DNA from: Candidatus Hydrogenedentota bacterium
GTDB taxonomy: Bacteria > Hydrogenedentota > Hydrogenedentia > Hydrogenedentales > JAEUWI01
Assembly (NCBI GenBank): GCA_034669905.1
Contig: JAXMOL010000025.1
Location: forward strand, 1-64,000
DNA: 64,000 bases
Direction of reading: 5' to 3'
Numbering within the stretch: position 1 is the first letter of the stretch; the number at the start of each line of letters is the position of its first letter. Shown here in pieces: positions 39,959 to 48,868 of the stretch. The notes beneath the pieces were generated by a model. It ran no database searches. It was not told the DNA's origin and saw only the letters and a list, made by a program, of their open reading frames with translations. The translations under genes and the position numbers were made by a program.

Positions 39959-40761
39959 ATTACATCGAACCCCACGGCCACATGGTCTCCCGCACCACCG
40001 CCGACTACGAACAGATGGCCCTCGCCGGCTGTGTCGCTATTTCCGAACCCGCCTTCTGGGCCGGCTTTGACCGCGACTCGGTCCGCGGCTTCTACGACTA
40101 CTTCCGCCAGCTCACCGAATACGAGCCCGCCCGCGCAAAGAAATTCGGCATCCAACACTTCTGCTGGATCTGCATCAACCCCAAAGAGGGCGACGCCCCC
40201 GGCTTCGCCCGGGAAGTCATCGAGATCATCCCCGACTTCCTCCAAAAGCCCAACGTACTCGGCGTCGGCGAAATCGGCCTCAACAAGAACACCAAAAACG
40301 AGCTCATCATCCTCGAAGAGCAAATCGATCTCGCGGTAAAGCACAACCAGCTTATCCTCGTCCACACCCCCCACCTCGAAGATAAGCGCAAAGGTACCCG
40401 CATCATCATGGACGCCCTCCTCAGCCGTGGCGACGTCGACCCCGGCCGCGTCCTCATCGACCACGTGGAAGAGCACACCGTCGCTGAAGTCCTCGACAAA
40501 GGTTTCTGGGCCGGCATGACCCTCTACCCCGAAACCAAATGCACCAGCCAGCGCGCCGCCGACATCATCGAAATGTACGGCACCGAACGCCTCTGGATGA
40601 ACTCCGCCTGCGACTGGGGCATCAGCGATCCCCTCGCCGTCCCCAAAGCCCGGATGGAGCTCAAACGCCGCGGCCATTCGGAAGCGGTCATCAAGACCCT
40701 GACCTACGACAACCCCCACACCTTCCTCAGCCAGTCGCCGAACTTTACCCTGCCCGCGTAG
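39955..40761 (+). CDS. eboB: TatD-family hydrolase (EboB type)
   Basis: EPHGHMVSRTT.DY, EPAFW, GEIG, VHTPH, IDH, NSACDWG.SDPLAVPK. Confidence 0.85.
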   Translation: MNYIEPHGHMVSRTTADYEQMALAGCVAISEPAFWAGFDRDSVRGFYDYFRQLTEYEPARAKKFGIQHFCWICINPKEGDAPGFAREVIEIIPDFLQKPNVLGVGEIGLNKNTKNELIILEEQIDLAVKHNQLILVHTPHLEDKRKGTRIIMDALLSRGDVDPGRVLIDHVEEHTVAEVLDKGFWAGMTLYPETKCTSQRAADIIEMYGTERLWMNSACDWGISDPLAVPKARMELKRRGHSEAVIKTLTYDNPHTFLSQSPNFTLPA

Positions 40762-41043
40762 CGGGACGGTACCGGCAGTAAGGGAAGACCACACAGCAAG
40801 GTCGGATACCCAGTTGGAAGCCACACAACTGGATGGGTGCCACCTTCAAAGACGGGAGTGAAACGAGCGGCTTTGTGGGTGCAATGCCCCAAAGGAATAC
40901 TTTGCACTCGCGCTGTCCACCGTCAACGGTCAACCATCACCCCCCACCACCCTCCGTCCACCAAAACAGCCGAGTCAGCACCAAGCTCCCCGGATGCGAC
41001 ACGCCCACAGACCTTAAAGTAAGATGGGGATAGAGAAACCCTA

Positions 41044-41214
41044 ATGCCTACAACCAGTTACGTTTTAATCGTCACCATAGTGGCCCTGTCCAGCGTCGGA
41101 CTCCTCGCCGTCGCCCTTCCTGCCGATTCTCCCGAAAACAACGGCGACTACATCCGCTTCAACTCACCACACTTTAAGGTTACCTGGCTCTTGGAGGAGT
41201 TTGGCACCCCATGA
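41044..41214 (+). pseudogene. 56-aa stub: paralogous leader and signal peptide of the BNR gene at 45712
   Basis: 41019-41048 matches 45687-45716 at 29 of 30 nt; MPTTSYVLIVTIVALSSVGLLAVALPADS versus MPIPRYLLIITLMALSGFGQRALAAPADS. Confidence 0.55.
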
Positions 41215-41801
41215 AGAGCTCGTCTAGAATAAACTGCGCAAGTCCCTCCGACGTCCCATCCGTCACCGAAATCCGCGATCTACTTCGCCCCGACCACAAA
41301 GTCGTACTGTACTTCACCAAGTGTAAGGATTTAGATAAGAAGCGCATTGTTGAGCAACTCTCGGAAAAGTTACCCGAGTGCTCGGTATTTTTCAGTGGTT
41401 CAGACCATGCGACAGAATGGATCACGGTAATGCCGGTTGTTGGGATATCGCAGTTGATTTTGCGATCTGACGAAATCACGAATGCCATCGATGCCTACAA
41501 TGAAACGTGCGTATTTCTTCAAGGACGTTATGCGGACGGAACTCTGGCGCCAGACTGGTCAAGCCACGAGCATGGAGAACATTGCCTGTTTGAAAACTCG
41601 CTCACCGGGCAGATTGTCGAAGCACCCTTCGCCTACCCTATCTTACCTGAGCACATCGATCCCTACTTCTTCGCCCAGTTCGTCAAGAGTACGCCTTCCT
41701 GTGCTACGGTGGCATCCCTTATCACGGACAGCTTTCATGATGGGGCAAGAATCCTGGAATTCATAGTCCCCAAAAGCGCAGACTACCAAGCAAATTCTTG
41801 A
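41211..41801 (+). CDS. Hypothetical protein, C-terminus DUF6896-like
   Basis: W..HEHGEHCLFEN..TGQIVE..IDPYFF motif; lower GC than flanking genes; GGAGG upstream. Confidence 0.55.
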   Translation: MKSSSRINCASPSDVPSVTEIRDLLRPDHKVVLYFTKCKDLDKKRIVEQLSEKLPECSVFFSGSDHATEWITVMPVVGISQLILRSDEITNAIDAYNETCVFLQGRYADGTLAPDWSSHEHGEHCLFENSLTGQIVEAPFAYPILPEHIDPYFFAQFVKSTPSCATVASLITDSFHDGARILEFIVPKSADYQANS

Positions 41802-41879
41802 CCAGTCAGCGAGACGTCCAAGAAACACAAGGCGAAAATACAGTCCGCGGGTTTGTCATCTCCTTCGCCCCAAGCGAAG

Positions 41880-42470
41880 AAGGGACTGTAACGGCAGTAC
41901 GCCTCGTCACCGATACCCCGCCGCCACCCTACCCCAACACCACGAACTCCCATCTCCATTCACTATTCAAGATTCACCATTCAAAAAACTGCCCCGAAGG
42001 GGTAACACGGCTCCCAGCCTGTCATCCCGTCCGCCCAACACGGCCGGGACAGCCTCACGCGTTACGGACCAACCCCCACCCCAACGGCTGACATTGGCCC
42101 TGCCCACCAGCCACCACACCTCAGCCACATCCGCCAAAGTGGGATAGGCTTCCAGCCTGTCATGGCACCCACCAAGGGAACGGCAAGAATCAGGAGCTTG
42201 GACACTCCTGTCCGAGACAAAGCGGACGCAACAACTCAACGATAACGAAGTCCACCCCCGGTCACCCGACACAGCCGGGACAGCCTCACGCGTCAACACC
42301 CACACCGCCCTCCGCCGTGTTTCCTTCCACGACAAGCACCTCCCAAACTCACCGTTACACAATGCGTGAAGGCAGTCCCCATCTTCAACGGTTAAAATAT
42401 CAACTGCAAACACCCCACACCAAAACCACGAACTCCCTTTCTTAATTCACTATTCAAAATTCACTATTCC
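41880..42470. repeat. REP-like mosaic repeat, copy A
   Basis: Modules ccgggacagcctcacgcgt (x2), GTGGGATAGGCTTCCAGCCTGTC (42139-42161), ggagcttggacactcctgtccgag, gcgtgaaggcagtccc; about 340 bp collinear with 47060-47432; NNATTCA arrays near both ends. Confidence 0.85.
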
Positions 42471-45379
42471 CGTGACTCCCGTCCCGTAAGCATCAAGAGT
42501 CCAGCCAACAGCAATGCCACCAAGACCAAGTCGCTACCGGGAAAAGCAGGCGACGCTCCGCCAGCAGCATGACAACTCGTCGGAAACTTTTCACCTTCAC
42601 CTTCACCTTCTCCTTCACCTTCTCCTTCTCCTTCACCCTCTCCTTCACCTTCGCCCTCACCAGCCTGCTCTGCCGCCGCGGAGATCTCGCTCTCCGCCAG
42701 CAAGCCATCCATATCCGAATCCATCGTGTCGAAAATCGAGGAATCAAGCGAGGCATAGGCGGCGAGTGCTTCGCTGAAACTAAGTCGGCCATCCGCATCG
42801 AGATCGGCAACGCTGAAACCCGCCTCCAACGACAAACCTGCCGTCCGGATCTCCGTGTTGGTAGGCTTCTCTGGAAGGGGATCGGAATCGGGCTCGCCAT
42901 AGACAAAGAGTGTGTAGCTACCCACGCCGACTTTCCGATTGTTCTCGACCTTCACATAGTAGGTACCGCCCGAGCGGGAACGCCACACGATTTCCGATGC
43001 GAGGCCACCACTCCGGCCACGGCCATAGCTACCGACATCCTTACGCACCACCCGCTCCTTGGGATCATACAACTGCAGCAAAGCCTCCATGTCATCAGAG
43101 ACCTCCGCCACGCGTATGGTGCAGCGGGTACCCTTGGGGAAATCGACCTGATAGTAGTCCACGTCCCCCACGTGCTCGATGAGCCCGTAGACAGGCGTGT
43201 TATCGATAGGAACCTTCGTAGCCTCCGGTCGGGTGTCTCCCCCCGTATCGCTCGAAATCCCCTGAACGCGCACCTGAAGCCGGGCCGCACGATGAAATTC
43301 TTCCTTGACCGGCGTCTCCTCCAGGTCGAGGTACTCATCCTCCCGATCGTGGTGACGCCGACGTCGCGATTCGTTCGTCTCAACCGCCTCTCCATCCCGA
43401 TTGTGGGCCCTGATTACGATATCGTAGAACCCGTCCTTGCGGCCCTCAAAGTCCGTAAGCGCTCCGCTATAGATGCCATCCGCTTTATTTCGATCAGCGC
43501 CCACACCATCATCCCGCAACTCCATGAAAATCCGCTCGCCACCTGCGGCCGTAATTTCCGCCACCACCGACGCCCCCGTTATCGGGAGGTCCTTCTCCAG
43601 CAACGCCGAGATACGTAGTGGCTCCGGATAGGTCAGATCGTTGTTTACCAGCCCCGCCGTCATTTGGATCTCGCTACGCTTTTCTTTCAAATCCCCCCGG
43701 GCCTGGACGTTGTAGCGCAGGGTCCCAAATCCCTTCAGACTCGCGGCCGACATCGTCCACACACCCGGCTCCGGCGAGGGAACCCGATACAACAAAACGT
43801 GACTGCCATACTGGGCTACCGCCACCCCTTGTTCCACCGCATTTTCCACCGTTATCGCCTTTCCCGACGGCGAAGTAAGGGTCACCTCAAAGTCCTCCTC
43901 CAGCCCCCAGGAACTCAGAAAGGTAATTTCCCCAATGCCCGTGTCGACCGGCCACTCGAACACATCAAACGTGCCACCCTTATCCGTTTCGCCAAATTCT
44001 TCTTCTCCGTTGTCGACGAGATAGTCGTTCGCGCTTACCTCGGCAGCCATCACAGCGTAAAGATCGGTCAGGTACGCAGGGTCGTCCGTTTGGAAGACCT
44101 GACCACCCGTCCCGCTCGCAAGCCGATTCAACTGGTCCCAATCGGCATCGCCAATCCCCACCGCATGCACACGTACCCCCTGATTCACATAACGGGAAAT
44201 CCACTCATCCGGATCCGATCCCACATTGCTAACCCCATCACTCAAGAGCACCACCGCACGCGGGCGAAAAACATCAGCGTTCGCATCCGGATCCTCTGAA
44301 CCCAACTCAAGACTATTGGTCAAATACAGCCACGCCCGACGAAGGGCATCCCCCATGGCCGTCCCGCCTTCCGCCTCCAGCGGAAGGATGGCACTCTCAA
44401 ACCCGGGATGGGGAGGGTCCTGGTCGATGCCCGCAGGCGGAATAACAATATCCTGAACGGTATCGTTAAAGGCGAGCACCCCAACCCGGTCACCAAGGTG
44501 CGTCAACGCCGTCAGGATGTTCGCCCCCGATTTCGCATAGATCAGTTTTTCCCCCGCCATACTGCCCGATTGATCAATCGCCATAATCGTCTGCACCCCG
44601 GGCACATCCTGAAAGATGAGCTCGACGGCCTCATCGCCCCCCATCTGGAAAAGCGGACCTTCAGCAGGGTGCACCAGATCTTCATAGTGGACGCGGGGTC
44701 GCTTAGCCAGGTCTTCGACCGGCGGTGGATCAAGCGCAAAAGGACGAACCAAGGTGGCCCAGCAAGAACTCCCATGGTAACGCTCCTGCGCCGTCATAAG
44801 GGAGTGCGTGGTTTCAATACACAATTCGTCTTGCTCATAGGAATTCCCCATAATGCAAGGGCACTCCACATCCGTACTGTGTGGCCGATATTCAGTGTCA
44901 TCGTCTTCGGTGGAGAATACAACGTACTCGTCAAACAGGCCGTAGACGTAATGACCAAGCTCATGGGCAAGAACCCGTCCATTATCCTCCGCACTGTTGG
45001 GTTCCGTATAGAGGTCGATGTCGCCAAAAACCCTTCCGAAACTATTATCCACCCCGAAAGCACGCCCCGACCGATCCTGAAAGTAGACATCACAGTGCTG
45101 GTTCTCAACATCGTTCTCGTAAATATAGATACGACGAAGCTTGTGCTTCCCCTCCGTGATGTTAAATAAGTGCCGCGATCCTGAACGAAACACCGCCGGC
45201 AAATAGCTTTCCAAATCGTCTGCGGAGGGAGACCAGTCCAGGGTGACCACCAGGTCAAAGTAGGTGAATCCCGCCTCTGCATCGTAGACGGCCCGTGACA
45301 AGGGATGGTTGTTGGCATTCGCCCCGAAACAGAAAATGAGCGCAGACAACACGCCCCCAAAAGCAATAGAAAGACGCAT
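42464..45379 (-). CDS. Secreted CLCA-like metalloprotease / vWA-domain surface protein with (GE)12 linker and C-terminal TM anchor
   Basis: Signal peptide; HELGHYVYGLFDEY; MIDAS DQSGS..GGTAMG..LLSDG; DDG.GAD..K.DGIYSG; PPC-like domain; EF-hand-like DLDADGRLS and DSDMDGLL; GE repeat 42590-42661; Cys then hydrophobic tail. Confidence 0.8.
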   Translation of the reverse strand: MRLSIAFGGVLSALIFCFGANANNHPLSRAVYDAEAGFTYFDLVVTLDWSPSADDLESYLPAVFRSGSRHLFNITEGKHKLRRIYIYENDVENQHCDVYFQDRSGRAFGVDNSFGRVFGDIDLYTEPNSAEDNGRVLAHELGHYVYGLFDEYVVFSTEDDDTEYRPHSTDVECPCIMGNSYEQDELCIETTHSLMTAQERYHGSSCWATLVRPFALDPPPVEDLAKRPRVHYEDLVHPAEGPLFQMGGDEAVELIFQDVPGVQTIMAIDQSGSMAGEKLIYAKSGANILTALTHLGDRVGVLAFNDTVQDIVIPPAGIDQDPPHPGFESAILPLEAEGGTAMGDALRRAWLYLTNSLELGSEDPDANADVFRPRAVVLLSDGVSNVGSDPDEWISRYVNQGVRVHAVGIGDADWDQLNRLASGTGGQVFQTDDPAYLTDLYAVMAAEVSANDYLVDNGEEEFGETDKGGTFDVFEWPVDTGIGEITFLSSWGLEEDFEVTLTSPSGKAITVENAVEQGVAVAQYGSHVLLYRVPSPEPGVWTMSAASLKGFGTLRYNVQARGDLKEKRSEIQMTAGLVNNDLTYPEPLRISALLEKDLPITGASVVAEITAAGGERIFMELRDDGVGADRNKADGIYSGALTDFEGRKDGFYDIVIRAHNRDGEAVETNESRRRRHHDREDEYLDLEETPVKEEFHRAARLQVRVQGISSDTGGDTRPEATKVPIDNTPVYGLIEHVGDVDYYQVDFPKGTRCTIRVAEVSDDMEALLQLYDPKERVVRKDVGSYGRGRSGGLASEIVWRSRSGGTYYVKVENNRKVGVGSYTLFVYGEPDSDPLPEKPTNTEIRTAGLSLEAGFSVADLDADGRLSFSEALAAYASLDSSIFDTMDSDMDGLLAESEISAAAEQAGEGEGEGEGEGEGEGEGEGEGEGEKFPTSCHAAGGASPAFPGSDLVLVALLLAGLLMLTGRESRE

Positions 45380-45711
45380 TTCACAACCTCCGTGCGAGTC
45401 TGCCCAATAGCCAGTGCGATGTCTGGCAACACCGTTCTAATTCAGGAATGTCACAACCCGCCACGCACACACCATGGGGAGACACGGGTCATTCCTGCTC
45501 GAAAAACGTGCCCCCGTTGTCGTGGATAGGACACTGCGCAATGTCGCTCCAATAGAGAAACACGCCCAACTACACCGACAATTGTACCCGAGAATGCTAG
45601 ATTCGTAAACTGAACACAGAAACCCTGTACGCAACGACTGGGTCCAACTCCCGTTTTCCCCATGTGATTCACCCGAAGACATTGAGGTAAGATGGGGATG
45701 GAGAAACCCTA

Positions 45712-46926
45712 ATGCCGATACCCAGATACCTCCTAATCATCACGCTGATGGCACTGTCCGGCTTCGGCCAACGCGCCCTCGCAGCCCCCGCCGATTCCGC
45801 CGAAAGCAAAAAATCGAAGATCACCATCCGCGAACACACCATCTTTGATGGCGATCAAGGCTGGACCCACGACGGCGTAACCTACCGCCTCGCCTGTGGC
45901 GCCGCCATCAAACAGGCACCCAATGGCGACCTCCTCTGCTGGTGGCTCTCCGGGACGGATAGCGAACCCGCCACGGACAACAACGTCCTCATGGCGCGCT
46001 CCACGGACAAGGGCAAAACCTGGAGTGCACCTTCGATTTTCGTGCCCGCCGGTGAAATGGCCGGTGCGGTAACCAGCATGTACACCACCGCCGACGGACG
46101 CATGATCGCCTTCGGCGCCCAATGGCCGGCCGAGCTGCGCTACACCGTCTGGTATTACTTCCGCATGGAATCACAGGACAACGGCCACACCTGGACCGCG
46201 CCGAGCCCCGTCTCCTTCCACAACGACAACATCGCCTTCGGAAGCCCCATCCGACTGGCCAATGGAGAGCGACTCTTCGCCGCCTCCTTCTTCGACAAGC
46301 GCCCCAAGCCCCTGGAGGCGTCCATCATGGCATTGGTCCATGCCAAAACGGAGGCCGAAGCCCTGGCCATGCCGGCGGAAGACAAGAAATGGCACGACAC
46401 GAAATTCGCCACCCACCGCCACGGCGCATCCGTCCTCATCAGCGCCGATGAAGATGGAAAGGAGATGAAAGAGTACGGGTACATCGCGAACCGCCCCCTG
46501 GGACTCCTCGAGCCCTCGTGCATCCAACTCAAAGACGGCCGCATCGTCATGTTCCTGCGCGCCGAAATGGCCGGTTTCCTCTGGCGCGCCGAAAGCACCG
46601 ACAACGGCCGCACCTGGACCGACGCCTGGCAGACCGACATCCCCAACCCCACCTCCGCCATCCATATCCTCCGCCTCGCCGATGGCCGCATCGCCCTCCT
46701 ACACAATGCCTGCGGCGAAGTCGGAAAAATGATCCCCCGCGATCCCCTGTCCATCTGGATAAGCGACGACGAACTGGAGACCTGGTCGATTAAAGAAGAC
46801 CTCCTCCACGGCGGCTGGCTCGCCTACCCCTGCGGACTAATCCTCGACGGAAAACTCGTCTTCACCTACGACCGCAACCGCCGCCAGGCCCAATTCGTCG
46901 AAGTCCATATCGCCCCAGCGGAATAA
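45712..46926 (+). CDS. Secreted BNR/Asp-box (sialidase-like) protein
   Basis: Signal peptide; STDKGKTW, SQDNGHTW, STDNGRTW, SDDELETW; EPS..L.DGRI..F.R; R.PLSI; YP. Confidence 0.85.
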   Translation: MPIPRYLLIITLMALSGFGQRALAAPADSAESKKSKITIREHTIFDGDQGWTHDGVTYRLACGAAIKQAPNGDLLCWWLSGTDSEPATDNNVLMARSTDKGKTWSAPSIFVPAGEMAGAVTSMYTTADGRMIAFGAQWPAELRYTVWYYFRMESQDNGHTWTAPSPVSFHNDNIAFGSPIRLANGERLFAASFFDKRPKPLEASIMALVHAKTEAEALAMPAEDKKWHDTKFATHRHGASVLISADEDGKEMKEYGYIANRPLGLLEPSCIQLKDGRIVMFLRAEMAGFLWRAESTDNGRTWTDAWQTDIPNPTSAIHILRLADGRIALLHNACGEVGKMIPRDPLSIWISDDELETWSIKEDLLHGGWLAYPCGLILDGKLVFTYDRNRRQAQFVEVHIAPAE

Positions 46927-47009
46927 CCCGCACCGCACCGAACGCAGACATCCCACGCTCGGGACTCAGACATTCCCGTCTGACAGAATACCCGCCAGAG
47001 CCCCCCTCA

Positions 47010-47470
47010 ACCACATCCACCAAAGTGGGATAGGCTTCCAGCCTGTCATGGCACCCACCCAACACAGCCGAGACAGCCTCACGCATTACCACCCAAACCG
47101 CACCCCAACGGCTTACATTGACCCTGCCCACCAGAGACCACGCCTCAGCCACATCCGCCAAAGTGGGATAGGCTTCCAGCCTGTCATAATGCCCGCCCAA
47201 CTCACCCCACGAAACGGCACCCAAGAAGGGGACGGCAAAAATCCGGAGCTTGGACACTCCTGTCCGAGACAAAGCACACGCCACGTCTCAGCCAAAACGA
47301 ATTCCACCCCCAGTCACCCGACACAGCCGGGACAGCCTCACGCGTCGACACCCACACCGCACCCCGACGTCGTTCGTTGCACCACCAGCACCACCCCAAA
47401 CCCGACGAAGCACAACGCGTGAAGGCAGTCCCCCACTGTCAACCGTCCACTCTCAACTCTCAATTGTAAC
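47010..47470. repeat. REP-like mosaic repeat, copy B, ending in a heptamer array
   Basis: GTGGGATAGGCTTCCAGCCTGTC at 47025-47047 and 47163-47185; same modules as copy A; heptamers 47436-47463 contain the stop of 47453-48505. Confidence 0.85.
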
Positions 47471-48505
47471 CGCCGCACCACCCGTCTCCGCCGATTCAAA
47501 CAACGCCGCCATCACCTTATGACACGCCAGTGAGCGGTCCGGCCATTGGGGGTCTACCTTCCCCGACTGCACAATCGCCGAATAGGCCTCCACCAGCTTC
47601 ACCACATGGTCACAGGGTTCGACCTTCACCTCCACGTCCTTCCCCATCACATCCCCCAGAAAATAGTGGCCACTGCCGGTATAGGCCCCTTCGTAGGCGG
47701 AGAAGTCACCGCTCCGGCCCTGGCCCGCCACGAGGTCGTCCACCCGGATGAGACCCGTCTCGCCCACCGCCTCAAATTGCGAACGGTGCGGCAGTTCCAC
47801 ACCGCAATCGAAGGTCGCCATGCGCCCGTCGGAAAACCACAGGGTCCCGCCGCAGGCCACGATGGTGTCCACCGAATTCTTCGACACAAAGGTCATTTGC
47901 ACGCGCTCGGGCAGGGCGTAATTATACGCCCAGAGAATCGCGCCGATGGGATACCACCCTTGGTCGCCGAAACAGCCCATGGGCTCCCGGGTCTTGTCGG
48001 TGCGCCCGTTGCCCCCTTCGTACCACGCCTTGTCGGGGGCCTTAAAGGTGAAGGCGGCCGTAACGCGCCGCACATTCCCTAAATCGCCCGCTGCAATGCG
48101 CTGCTCCATCGCGTGGGTGCGCGTGCTGTGGACCCACATGGTGCCATCCATGAATTGCACCCCCTCTTCCCGGCACACCTGGATGGCTTCTTCGATACCA
48201 TCGGCAAAAGGCTTTTCCGCATAGACGTGCTTGCCCGCCCGGGCTGCCTTCTTGATCCACTCGTTCCGCAGCGCGCTCGGCAACGGAATGTAGACGGCAT
48301 CGATGCTCTCATCGGCGAGCAACTCGTCATAGGACGCAAAAGCACGGGGCACCTTGTGCTCCGCCGCCCACGCCTCGGCCTTTTCCAGTGAGCGACTGGC
48401 AACCGCCACCACTTCGGCGTTTCCGGCGTCGTGCATGCCCGCCACGACCTTGGTGGCAATTTCGGCGGTGCTCAAGATTCCCCAGCGAATCGTGCGATTT
48501 TCCAT
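47453..48505 (-). CDS. Cytoplasmic Gfo/Idh/MocA-family oxidoreductase
   Basis: IRWGILSTAEIA, VAVASRS, DAVYIPLP, GKHVYAEKP, GCFGDQGWY. Confidence 0.9.
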   Translation of the reverse strand: MENRTIRWGILSTAEIATKVVAGMHDAGNAEVVAVASRSLEKAEAWAAEHKVPRAFASYDELLADESIDAVYIPLPSALRNEWIKKAARAGKHVYAEKPFADGIEEAIQVCREEGVQFMDGTMWVHSTRTHAMEQRIAAGDLGNVRRVTAAFTFKAPDKAWYEGGNGRTDKTREPMGCFGDQGWYPIGAILWAYNYALPERVQMTFVSKNSVDTIVACGGTLWFSDGRMATFDCGVELPHRSQFEAVGETGLIRVDDLVAGQGRSGDFSAYEGAYTGSGHYFLGDVMGKDVEVKVEPCDHVVKLVEAYSAIVQSGKVDPQWPDRSLACHKVMAALFESAETGGAAVTIES

Positions 48506-48672
48506 GATTTATCCCTTTCCATCGGCCTGCGGAACGGCCTGTAAATACTGTTAGAACCCGTTGCGGAACTTGAAGAGCCACCGCGTCAATTTCGGTCCCC
48601 TAGGATACCACGTAGCATTCCCCCACGCACCACAGAGGCCACGCCCACGGCACTAAAACAGGGAATTCGGCC

Positions 48673-48824
48673 GTGCCGCGCGATCCCGAGGAACGAGGGT
48701 TCGTGCGATTGGGGTGTGTCCACCGCACCCTTGGCAAGAGTCGATCTCATAGGGCTGTCGGGGAGCTTTACGCACGAACCCGTCAGGACTCGTTGAGACT
48801 CGCCTTTTGGGGATCGCGCGGCAC
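48673..48824. repeat. Nested inverted-repeat element (~150 bp)
   Basis: Perfect 15-bp IR GTGCCGCGCGATCCC (48673-48687 / 48810-48824) enclosing an 11-bp IR GGGTTCGTGCG (48697-48707 / 48771-48781). Confidence 0.75.
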
Positions 48825-48868
48825 AATCGGCACAGGATGTCGGCCCCCCCATTCACCGCGACAAGGCC

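Noticed and set aside
38196..40824. Minus-strand ORFs of 455 and 374 aa
   Set aside because: Shadows of eboD and eboB, which have clear family motifs on the + strand.
41798..42413. ORFs 41798-42091 (+) and 41967-42413 (-), and similar ORFs at 46862-47522
   Set aside because: Translations of the REP-like mosaic; shared peptides (DRLEAYPT) reflect the DNA repeat.
41880..47470. CRISPR array from the recurring 23-mer GTGGGATAGGCTTCCAGCCTGTC
   Set aside because: Only three copies, irregular spacing, intervening sequences are themselves repeats, and no cas genes.
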